This document shows positions 1 through 7,577 of a stretch of DNA of 37,669 nt, piece after piece. Each line of letters starts with the position of its first letter. Position 1 is the first letter of the stretch. The notes beneath the pieces are model-generated. The model searched no databases, had not been told where the DNA came from, and was given only the letters and a program-made list of their open reading frames with translations. The position numbers were made by a program, and so were the translations under genes. Origin of the DNA: a virus (lineage: Duplodnaviria > Caudoviricetes); the IMG/VR virus record IMGVR_UViG_3300042191_000309, positions 1 through 37,669 of that record; one strand, 5' to 3'.

Positions 1-1329
1 TCAGGCCCCCGCCTCAAGTCGATTCACCTGATCGAGAAGGCCGCCGAATATTCTCTCGGACACAATGGTCGGGAACCCGGCCGGAAGCTCCCTCGATACT
101 GACTCGATCACTTCCGGTGTAATTGCAACTAGTCGCTGGATGACTGCTTCGAAATCGGAACCCAAAGCGTTAGCTTTGGCAACTTCATTCCAATGCCGGC
201 GTTGGATATCAGCCATACGGTAGTGGGCATTCGTCGTGCGCAATGCCATGGCCAGCTTCGCTTTTTTCCACTGAATTTCACGCGCACCCGTTCCGATTAT
301 TGGCCAGGCAGACATGACGTCGTAGATGGGGGTGAGCAAGAAATGATCCTGCTGTCCGATGAAGATACTGAAATTCTTGGCATGACCGTCGGGCGCTGCG
401 AGCATCCAGAAGATAAGCTGAGTCGTCATGAAGTTTGTGCGGTCAACTTCCGCATTGTCGCTGCCGCGCAATATATCAAGAATGGTGGAGATTCCGGGGC
501 CGCCATTTTCTTCGTACTTTTGTTCCGGCGACATTCCTGTCGCCTGGCAAAAATCCTCCTGCGGGAGGCGAGCCCACCAGCCATCGATAAGACGGCGGTC
601 AAATCGCGTGACCACCAGTACCTTGTGGCGACCGAACATCCCAAAGGTTGAGTCGGCAACTGGGAGCCCGTAGGCGCGTAGCAGCTTCGCACAAAGCCAT
701 TCGTTCTCGACCGAGGTGGAAAAGTCGGCGCGCATGCCGCCCACCTCGCCCAAGGGCAGCTTCAGGATGTGCGTGGTAGGGGTCGTTCCGCGCGGCCGAC
801 ACCATTGATCGTTGTGCCAGAGCAGCGCGGTTTTTTCCTGCGCCCCGGCAATCGAGATTCGCAACTCATCTTCTTCGGGCACACCGATGTTCCGGTTGCT
901 TACGGTATCGTCGAGAATCTTCTCGATGTCTGATTCGGAAAGCGGCTCGGCATCGATTCTGCGAACATCGGGTGCCGGCCCACCTCCGGGAAGAAGTTGT
1001 ATCGCACCGACGCAATCGCGGCCGATCTTTTCGAGGAGCTGGAATGCGTGTATTGATTCGGCGCCGAACTTGGAGGCCAGGCGTTTTCGAATGCCCATGC
1101 TGTCGGGAAGCAGGTTGTCGAAGTAGAACTCGACGACCTTCCCGTAAAACGGTGTGGTCCCTCGGGAAAGCGGCAGTGAAAAGGATAGCGAACGTCTCTG
1201 CGGATTTTCGAGCCAGACCTGATCGTAGGCAAAGGAATGCACTCCCGCAGAGGTAAACATCCAGTGCCCCACCAGTTCACCATTCATCCAGACATCGAGT
1301 GTCTTTCTGGATGAGGGACGCCCGGCCAT
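1..1329 (-). CDS. hipA: HipA-family Ser/Thr kinase toxin
   Basis: HipA N-terminal coupling domain (LDVWMNGELVG...FDNLLPD...IGRDCVGAIQL); kinase motifs SIAGAQEK, ENEW, RFDR, QEDFCQA, DGHAKNFS, PIYD all intact. Confidence 0.95.
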   Translation of the reverse strand: MAGRPSSRKTLDVWMNGELVGHWMFTSAGVHSFAYDQVWLENPQRRSLSFSLPLSRGTTPFYGKVVEFYFDNLLPDSMGIRKRLASKFGAESIHAFQLLEKIGRDCVGAIQLLPGGGPAPDVRRIDAEPLSESDIEKILDDTVSNRNIGVPEEDELRISIAGAQEKTALLWHNDQWCRPRGTTPTTHILKLPLGEVGGMRADFSTSVENEWLCAKLLRAYGLPVADSTFGMFGRHKVLVVTRFDRRLIDGWWARLPQEDFCQATGMSPEQKYEENGGPGISTILDILRGSDNAEVDRTNFMTTQLIFWMLAAPDGHAKNFSIFIGQQDHFLLTPIYDVMSAWPIIGTGAREIQWKKAKLAMALRTTNAHYRMADIQRRHWNEVAKANALGSDFEAVIQRLVAITPEVIESVSRELPAGFPTIVSERIFGGLLDQVNRLEAGA

Positions 1330-1607
1330 TACCAGGACTCCACAGGTTTTGTTTTGCGCTTTCCACCTGGCGCGTCATTATCAGACGCGGATTGGCGTGG
1401 TCCAACCCGAAGCTCGGCTTCCAGTACCATCAGGACAGTGAGAAGTTGGTCGACAGATGTTTTCTCGGGATGATTTTCAATTACCGAGATGCGTTCCTGA
1501 GACAATCCGATCCTCTTCCCAAGCTCGATCTGCGACCAGCCCTTGGCTTTTCTAAGTTGCTTCAGAATTGGACCGAGCTGCCCTGAAGTGCGAATTTTAT
1601 TAGCCAT
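1329..1607 (-). CDS. hipB: HipB-like XRE-HTH antitoxin
   Basis: QLGPILKQLRKAKGWSQIELGKRIGLSQERISVIE HTH; TAATG stop/start overlap with hipA; ATG at 1607 preferred to the upstream start in the ORF track. Confidence 0.9.
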   Translation of the reverse strand: MANKIRTSGQLGPILKQLRKAKGWSQIELGKRIGLSQERISVIENHPEKTSVDQLLTVLMVLEAELRVGPRQSASDNDAPGGKRKTKPVESW

Positions 1608-1613
1608 GACAAA

Positions 1614-1685
1614 TATTCTCATCTAGGAATATGCGCACTTTATTCCCTATACGACATATTTGCAATATATTCTTGATTCGTTATA
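1614..1685. promoter_or_regulatory. Three putative HipB operators (TATTC-N8-GAATA type) at 27-bp period
   Basis: TATTC half-sites at 1614, 1641, 1668; the first is a perfect TATTC-N8-GAATA palindrome; resembles E. coli TATCC-N8-GGATA. Confidence 0.7.
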
Positions 1686-1771
1686 TCTGGCAACGCAGGC
1701 AGGGCGCGTTGCGTACCAAGGAAGGTCTGATTTAATCCGTTACACCGGCGAAGGCCGGAGCCTATCGCGTT

Positions 1772-1956
1772 AGGCGGCTCAGGGCAGCTGGTGATTCTTT
1801 GGAAACGAGGAAAGTGCCGCTTGGGCACACGAATGGTGACGTCACCGCACTATTCCGCAGCTGAGCTTGCCGCACTGCTGGAAGCGTCCATCTATGTTTG
1901 CGGGGGGAGTCCCGCAAAAGTCCCGCGATGACTTTGCTGAAAAGAAAAATCGCCCG
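1772..1956 (+). pseudogene. Frameshifted C-terminal remnant of a tyrosine integrase
   Basis: Manual translation RRLRAAGDSLETRKVPLGHTNGDVT / HYSAAELAALLEAS / ESRKSPAMTLLKRKIA across two frameshifts; parallels RLRLAGVSQEDRNALMGHKSASIPEHYASADIGRL in the window's own Int. Confidence 0.8.
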
Positions 1957-1978
1957 ACGGGTCACGTTAGGCGATTGG
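1940..1978 (-). terminator. Putative intrinsic terminator downstream of the tRNA 3' end
   Basis: Minus strand AATCGCCTAACG-loop-CGTCGGGCGATT followed by TTTCTTTT. Confidence 0.6.
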
Positions 1979-1994
1979 TCTTACTACTGGAATA

Positions 1995-2040
1995 TGGTGC
2001 GCCGGAAGAGATTCGAACTCCTGACCCCTTGGTTCGTAGC
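1995..2040 (-). other. att site: 3' half of tRNA-Arg(ACG), left prophage boundary
   Basis: Minus strand GCTACGAACCAAGGGGTCAGGAGTTCGAATCTCTTCCGGCGCACCA contains the anticodon loop (ACG), T arm (GTTCGAAT) and CCA; no 5' half present. Confidence 0.92.
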
Positions 2041-2068
2041 CTGACAGCAACCGACACCAGCATATATA

Positions 2069-2152
2069 CATCAACAAGTTAACGCTCCACTCTTCCGTTT
2101 GAGTGCCTATAAGTGCCGATGAATTCGGCACGAGTCGTGCAAAAGTCGTGCA
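2069..2152. promoter_or_regulatory. att arm: IHF-like site and tandem arm-type repeats
   Basis: CATCAACAAGTTA (2069-2081) close to the IHF consensus WATCAANNNNTTR; AGTCGTGCA twice at 11-bp period (2133, 2144). Confidence 0.5.
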
Positions 2153-2299
2153 GCAGGATCCTTGACGTCCACCACCGGTCGGAACCATCACCATCCCCCA
2201 CCATATCGAGATCTATTAGGAGAGATATCGCGACTTGTATACGCGTGCGCGTCTGCGCACGTGCGCGTGGTGTTGGCTATAAAACTTGGGGTCATCGGA

Positions 2300-2582
2300 A
2301 GAAGGTAATATTGGTAATATTTATTAAAAACACCTCTGAAAGCCTTAAGAGGCGCGGCTTTTGAGCGATTTGCAAAAGGTAATATTTGAGTAACATAGTA
2401 GTAATCTAATTACCTTTATAGATGGTGATATTTATATAATTATTTATCCATATACATCAGTAAGTTGTAAAAATATTACCTTTCCAATTACCAAATATTA
2501 CCCCTGCATGGTAACGAGTTTAGCCATTTAAAAACAAACGGTTGAGATGTTTTTAAATGGCTGGTTACAAATATTACCTTTT
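2300..2582. repeat. AT-rich iteron cluster, putative replication origin
   Basis: GGTAATA at 2304, 2313, 2378; (T)ATTACC at 2409, 2474, 2487, 2496, 2572; 15-bp perfect inverted repeat 2522-2536/2548-2562. Confidence 0.65.
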
Positions 2583-2754
2583 TCCGAAGTCGGAACCGAT
2601 TCTAGGCACCTGAACACCATGTATGCCTTGCTGCATAAGCTTTGCGCACGAATCTGCAACTGAAACCAGCCCAGCAACCTCGCCGACCTGCCGCGCCGTG
2701 GCGGGATTGCTTGCCTTCGTGCAGGTGCACGCTTTCCGACCCATAAAGCGGGCG

Positions 2755-2773
2755 GGCGTGGCGGGGTCACGAG
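2755..2773 (+). other. cos site (P2-type cohesive end)
   Basis: AAAGCGGGCG-GGCGTGGCGGGGTCACGAG-CGCGCGCTGA resembles P2 cos GGCGAGGCGGGGAAAGCAC and its flanks; exact cut positions inferred by analogy. Confidence 0.85.
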
Positions 2774-2828
2774 CGCGCGCTGAGGGTGCTGGTAGGCATT
2801 GGGTTTGAGAACGTTCGTTCTGGCAATG

Positions 2829-2853
2829 AAAAAGCCGCCCGAGTGGGCGGCTT
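2829..2853 (-). terminator. Intrinsic terminator after the methylase
   Basis: Minus strand AAGCCGCCC-ACTC-GGGCGGCTTTTT. Confidence 0.8.
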
Positions 2854-2871
2854 GAGTTGAGCGAGACCTAC

Positions 2872-3687
2872 TTAGAACAGGCCGCCCATGTCGTTCGGGT
2901 CGTAGTTGGTTATGACTAGTTCCCGGCTTGCTGCAGGATCCCGGTGGGCGTTGCCGACGCTGTACTTGATGTCCAGCGCCTTGCCGTCGAAGATGGTCAG
3001 GCCAGCATAGGCACGGCGGATGTCCGGATGGTCGTTGATGCCGACCATCACCCTGCCCTTGCATGTCTTCATGAACTCGGCCATCTGCTCGTACTGGTCG
3101 AACTCGAACGGAACGCCATATCCCTCGGTCTGCCAGTACGGAGGGTCGCAGTAGAAGAACGTGTGGGCGCGATCGTAGCGCTGCATGCACTTCAGCCACG
3201 GCAGGTTCTCGATGTTGGTGCCGGATGCCAGGCGCAGGTGGGCGGCGGACAGGTTCTCCTCGATGCGCAGCAGATTGATCGTCGGCGCCGTGGTGGCGGT
3301 GCCGTAGTTCTGCCCGTCCACCTTGCCTCCGAAGGCATGGTGCTGCAGGTAGAAGAACCGGGCGGCACGCTGGATATCGGTCAGGGTTTCAGGGTTGGTC
3401 ATCTGCTGCCACTTGAACACCTGGCGGCTGGACAATGCCCACTTGAACTGGCGCACGAACTCCTCGAGGTGATGCTGCACCACCCGGTACAGGTTCGTCA
3501 GATCGCCGTTGATATCGTTGAGCACCTCGACGTCAGCCGGTACCGGCCGGAGGAAGTACAGCGCAGCGCCTCCGGCGAAGACCTCAACGTAGCACTCATG
3601 GGGTGGGAAAAGCGGGATCAGTTTGTCTGCCAAACGGCGTTTGCCGCCCAGCCAAGGGATGATAGGACTAGATTGTATGTGTAACAC
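2872..3687 (-). CDS. D12-class N6-adenine DNA methyltransferase (Dam-like, orphan)
   Basis: PWLGGKRRLA, YVEVFAGGAA, LNDIN and catalytic DPPY motifs; start codon uncertain. Confidence 0.92.
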   Translation of the reverse strand: MLHIQSSPIIPWLGGKRRLADKLIPLFPPHECYVEVFAGGAALYFLRPVPADVEVLNDINGDLTNLYRVVQHHLEEFVRQFKWALSSRQVFKWQQMTNPETLTDIQRAARFFYLQHHAFGGKVDGQNYGTATTAPTINLLRIEENLSAAHLRLASGTNIENLPWLKCMQRYDRAHTFFYCDPPYWQTEGYGVPFEFDQYEQMAEFMKTCKGRVMVGINDHPDIRRAYAGLTIFDGKALDIKYSVGNAHRDPAASRELVITNYDPNDMGGLF

Positions 3688-3714
3688 CTCTGCGGTTTAT
3701 GGTAGCCTCCGCGC

Positions 3715-3815
3715 CGCCGTGTGCACGGTACGGTGCTTTAGCCAAACGCAGGTGTGTTCTGCGGGAGGTGGCCTGATCTGGTGTTGACGCACCAGGTCAG
3801 GTCGCACCGTCTTTC
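3715..3815 (+). ncRNA. Putative structured small RNA antisense to the methylase leader
   Basis: Extended -10 TGgTAGCCT (3700-3708); 5' hairpin plus three-way junction with a 14-bp stem; G.U pairs work only on the + strand. Confidence 0.6.
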
Positions 3816-4820
3816 TTAAGCCTTGGGCTTGGCCAGCTCGTAAGGGTTGAACTTCACCACTTCGTCGCCGATCCATTCGTTCAATTCCATGAAGCGCGCC
3901 TGCAGCGGCAAGATCTCGTTCGCGTTGAAAACCTCCGCCGCCTTGTTGGCATCGCCGAATCCGCCCGTATTATTCGGGATGATGCTCATCAGCTGAGGTG
4001 GGACGCGGTGCGCGGCGAGAATGTCGTCGCGAGTCACGTTCTTGATGTTGAAGAACTCGTCCTTCGCGGCCACCTCGCTGATCGGGATCACCTGAATTCC
4101 GTCCTTCTTACCGTTCGGCGCATACATGAACAGATTGCGGAAGTTGCCCGGCCCCTTCGCGGCCTTGAGCGCATCGCGCATCGCATCGATGTCCTTCTGC
4201 TCCTGAGCCGCGTCGCTCACGTACAGGATGAACCCGGCATGGCTGCCGTTCAGGTAGTACTTGCGGCGGAATAGCGTGGCGTTCTCGTTCAGCCAGGCTG
4301 AGTTGAGCGCGGACAGATACTCGGGCAGGCCATACACCTCTTGGTTGATATCCGGCTCTCTCATGTGGAAGACGGTGCCGGCCGCGAACTCGTGTTCGCT
4401 CAGGTAGGTCTGGGCAAACCAGTAGCTCTCCAGATCGGTGCCGCGTCGCGTGTATTTTGCCGGTGAGTTCTCCAGCGTCAGCGCGTAACCTCCGCGCGAC
4501 TCGCGCTTTTCAATGTAGCCATTGCCGAACACCAGGTAGTCCAGCGCCCATGCATTGAACGCTGTCCTGCTCAGCAGCTTGTGCGGCATGAACGTGCTGG
4601 CGAGGATGTTGCGCTTCACATAGATGGCGCTGGAGTGATGGACGGCCGCTCGGAACGAACGCGACAGACCCTCGAACGAGATGGGCGGCTCGTACCACCG
4701 CCCCATCTTCACGCACTCCAGATACTCCATGATCTCGCGGCGATCAAGAGACGGGATGGGGTCACCGAAGGTGAATGCCTCCGCCTTGGCCGGATGTGTT
4801 TGCACTGCTTGGGTATTCAT
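3816..4820 (-). CDS. Q: Portal protein (P2 gpQ, PBSX family)
   Basis: AFTFGDP, WYEPPISF, HHSSAIYVKRNIL, NQEVYGLPEY, HRVPPQLM. Confidence 0.96.
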   Translation of the reverse strand: MNTQAVQTHPAKAEAFTFGDPIPSLDRREIMEYLECVKMGRWYEPPISFEGLSRSFRAAVHHSSAIYVKRNILASTFMPHKLLSRTAFNAWALDYLVFGNGYIEKRESRGGYALTLENSPAKYTRRGTDLESYWFAQTYLSEHEFAAGTVFHMREPDINQEVYGLPEYLSALNSAWLNENATLFRRKYYLNGSHAGFILYVSDAAQEQKDIDAMRDALKAAKGPGNFRNLFMYAPNGKKDGIQVIPISEVAAKDEFFNIKNVTRDDILAAHRVPPQLMSIIPNNTGGFGDANKAAEVFNANEILPLQARFMELNEWIGDEVVKFNPYELAKPKA

Positions 4821-6578
4821 TTAGCTGATCTCCATGATGTTGGAATTACGGGAACTTGCGCCTTCGAGTGGCTCATTCGCCAGAGCATGCATGCACGCCC
4901 AGGCCAGATCCGCGTGGCTGATTTCTTTCGACCGGCCAGCCTCGAATGTGACTTGCCGGCCGCTTGCTGTGGTGGTCTTCTTGATCGCCATGAACGATGC
5001 GGCCACATCAGTCCATCCTGCGTCGAACTCCAGCCTGCCCTTGTTCACTACGTCCAGCGCCTTGAGCACCAGGCGTACCTTCACATCCGGGCTGTAGTTG
5101 AATGAGCGCGCTCCGGGGAAGAACTGCTTCACCAGCTGGAAGACGCCCTGCCCGATGCCGGTGGTGTCGATACCGATGTACGTCACGTTGTAGCACTCGG
5201 TGATTTTCTTGATCCTGTTGGCCTGCTCCTCGAAGTCCATGCCCTTGAACTGCACGCGGTCGAGTATCCTGAACTTGCCGCCCGATACCAGCGGCGGTGC
5301 CATCACCACCATCGCGGCGCTGTCTCCGGTGTGCGACGGGTCGTATCCGATCCACACCTCGCGGTTGCCGAGCGGGCGCAGCGCGAACGGTTTGAAGTCC
5401 TCCCACACCACCCACGAATCCACCATGCAGCGCTGCATCACCGCCAGCGGGAAAACGCTCTGCCCGTCGTCGATGAACTGGCACATCAGCAGATTCAGGA
5501 ACTCTTCCGGGCTGTACTCGCGGCGCAGCTCCTCGATGTCGAACAGGTTGCAGCCACCGGCCACAGCATCCAGCACCGTCACGATCTGACGCCACTGACC
5601 GTCCTCGCATAGGCGGCCTTCCTTCAGCGCCTGGTGACTGATATCCACCATCACCTGCTCGTTCTTCTGCTTGCCCTTGTTCGCCCAGGATCCGGACCAG
5701 AACGGATATGCCTCATGGCTCAGGCTGGACGGCGTCGAGAAGTAAGTCTTACGCCAGTGCTTGTGCATCGACATTCCGGACGTGACCTTGCGAAACTCTT
5801 CAAACTTCGGGATCCAGAAGAACTCGTCGGTGTAGGTGTTTCCGTGATAACTCTGCGCCGTGCGCACATTAGTGCCGAGGAAATACAGCTCCGCACCGTT
5901 CGGCAGGATGATCGGGTCGCCCTGCAACTCGATATCGGCTGCCTCCCTCGCGAACTGCTTGATGTAGTTCTTGAACACATGCGCCTGCGCCTTCGATGCC
6001 GACAGGAATATCTGATTCCGCCCCGTCTCCATCGCATCGTCCAGCGCCTCGCGGGCGAAATACCAGGTCGCGCCGATCTGGCGGCTCTTTAGGATGTTGC
6101 GTGTACGGTTGACGAACCCGGCGCGGTACCAGTTTTTTTGATAGTCGAACAGTGAATCGAGAAACGCTTCATGCAGCTTCTGCTGCTGCTCCTCGCTGTA
6201 GTCGTTCTTGGTGACCGCCTTGCGCGGCCCCTTGTTTCGGTTCGCCACCTTCGGGTTTAGGTCGGCCTCATTGCCCCCCGGCTTGGAGTATTTCTGCACG
6301 CGCGCAGTGCGCTCCATCTGCCTGCCGAGCAGGTCGATCTCCTTGAAGTCCTTCCCGTCCTTGTCGTCCTTCATCACCAACGTCATCAGGCGCGCCTCAA
6401 GCGCAGCCTCAACACGATTCACCGGCTCTGTTTCATCCCACTTGTCGCGCCGCTTCCAACTATGCACGGTCGCGGGCTTCTCGCCGAGCATCTCGGCGAT
6501 GCGCGTGACGCGGTAACCATGGAACCAGTACAGGTCGCGGGCTTTACGGCGCGGGTCGGTGTCGGTGTTCGAATTCAT
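4821..6578 (-). CDS. P: Terminase ATPase subunit (P2 gpP)
   Basis: N-terminal HTH (TVHSWKRRDKW), Walker A KSRQIGAT, DEFFW, GYDPS, HADLAWA. Confidence 0.96.
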   Translation of the reverse strand: MNSNTDTDPRRKARDLYWFHGYRVTRIAEMLGEKPATVHSWKRRDKWDETEPVNRVEAALEARLMTLVMKDDKDGKDFKEIDLLGRQMERTARVQKYSKPGGNEADLNPKVANRNKGPRKAVTKNDYSEEQQQKLHEAFLDSLFDYQKNWYRAGFVNRTRNILKSRQIGATWYFAREALDDAMETGRNQIFLSASKAQAHVFKNYIKQFAREAADIELQGDPIILPNGAELYFLGTNVRTAQSYHGNTYTDEFFWIPKFEEFRKVTSGMSMHKHWRKTYFSTPSSLSHEAYPFWSGSWANKGKQKNEQVMVDISHQALKEGRLCEDGQWRQIVTVLDAVAGGCNLFDIEELRREYSPEEFLNLLMCQFIDDGQSVFPLAVMQRCMVDSWVVWEDFKPFALRPLGNREVWIGYDPSHTGDSAAMVVMAPPLVSGGKFRILDRVQFKGMDFEEQANRIKKITECYNVTYIGIDTTGIGQGVFQLVKQFFPGARSFNYSPDVKVRLVLKALDVVNKGRLEFDAGWTDVAASFMAIKKTTTASGRQVTFEAGRSKEISHADLAWACMHALANEPLEGASSRNSNIMEIS

Positions 6579-6621
6579 GCGGCAAGGGTAATGAATTGAT
6601 AAACCGACCTTCTCGCGCGGA

Positions 6622-6644
6622 GTTGTGAAACGGCAAACGACAAC
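6622..6644. promoter_or_regulatory. Ogr-type activator box of the divergent P/O late promoters
   Basis: GTTGT-N13-ACAAC, also found before V and FI. Confidence 0.8.
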
Positions 6645-6722
6645 AACGGCGAATTGCTAGAGAGTGCGCTAGTGCCGACGATGCGAGTCACTTATCGGCA
6701 TCAACCAACGAGGGTATTCATC

Positions 6723-7544
6723 ATGGCGCTGTCCAAACCGTTTGTAATCGCAACAGAAGGCCCCACCATCGACGGCCGCAACATCAGCAAAGAGAAGATC
6801 ATCCAGATGGCAGCGAGTTACGACCCCAAGGTCTACACCGCCGTCGGAAACCTCGAACACCTACTCTCGTACTCCCCGGACAGCCTGTTCAGCGCCTACG
6901 GCAAAGTGGTGAAGCTGGGAACGCAGGAAGCCGACATCCTCGGCGAGAAAAAGACTCAGCTCACTGCCATCGTGGACGCGAACGACTCCATCGTAGCGAT
7001 GCAAAAGGCAGGCAAGAAGGCGTTCGCATCCATCGAGATCGCCGAGAACTTCCTGGGCAAAGGCATCGCTTACCTGAGCGGCCTTGCATTCACCGACACA
7101 CCGGCAGCCATCGGCACCGAGTCGATGAAGTTCTCCGCAACACAGCAGAACATCTACTCGTTCAAGGACGAGCTGAGCGTCGAGTTCGACTCGGAACAGC
7201 CATCCGAAAAGGCTGGCGAATCCCTGTTCGCCCGCGTCGTTGCGCTGCTCAAGGGCGACAAGAAAGACAACGACTCACGCTTCTCCGACATCGGCAAGGC
7301 AGTCGAAGCCATCGCTACATCGCAAAAGGAGACTCTGGAGAAATTCTCCGAGATCTCCGCACAAGACAAAACCGTCTCCGGTCTACGCGCCGAGCTGGAT
7401 GCGATGAAGAAGGCAGACGAGGACCGCACAACTGCGTTCAACACGCTCAAGGCAGAAGTCGAGAAGTTGGCTGCACAACCCAACGCACAGGGCAAACGCC
7501 CTTCCGCAACGGGCGGCGACGGCTCGGCCGCGACTGACTGCTGA
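6723..7544 (+). CDS. O: Capsid scaffolding/protease (P2 gpO)
   Basis: ATEGPTIDGR, YDPKVYTA, LAFTDTPAAIGTE, C-terminal RPSATGG..TDC. Confidence 0.93.
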   Translation: MALSKPFVIATEGPTIDGRNISKEKIIQMAASYDPKVYTAVGNLEHLLSYSPDSLFSAYGKVVKLGTQEADILGEKKTQLTAIVDANDSIVAMQKAGKKAFASIEIAENFLGKGIAYLSGLAFTDTPAAIGTESMKFSATQQNIYSFKDELSVEFDSEQPSEKAGESLFARVVALLKGDKKDNDSRFSDIGKAVEAIATSQKETLEKFSEISAQDKTVSGLRAELDAMKKADEDRTTAFNTLKAEVEKLAAQPNAQGKRPSATGGDGSAATDC

Positions 7545-7577
7545 TCACCCCCTCAACCCACGACACTGGAGCAAAAC

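Noticed and set aside
1-1622. hipBA as cargo of the P2-like prophage
   Set aside because: It lies outside the att site, beyond a separate integrase remnant
1965-2075. Complete tRNA-Arg gene
   Set aside because: Similarity stops at the anticodon arm (2040); no D arm or 5' acceptor strand
2300-2582. CRISPR array
   Set aside because: Repeats are 6-7 bp, irregularly spaced and in both orientations; no cas genes
2528-3199. 223-aa minus-strand ORF
   Set aside because: Off-frame overlap of the methylase, running through terminator, cos and origin; no protein-like features
3673-3687. LexA box at the methylase start
   Set aside because: TTGT-N7-ACAC fails CTGT-N8-ACAG in both spacing and ends
3688-3815. 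Com-like zinc-finger regulator gene upstream of the methylase
   Set aside because: No CxxC-containing ORF seen; the space is filled by the structured element
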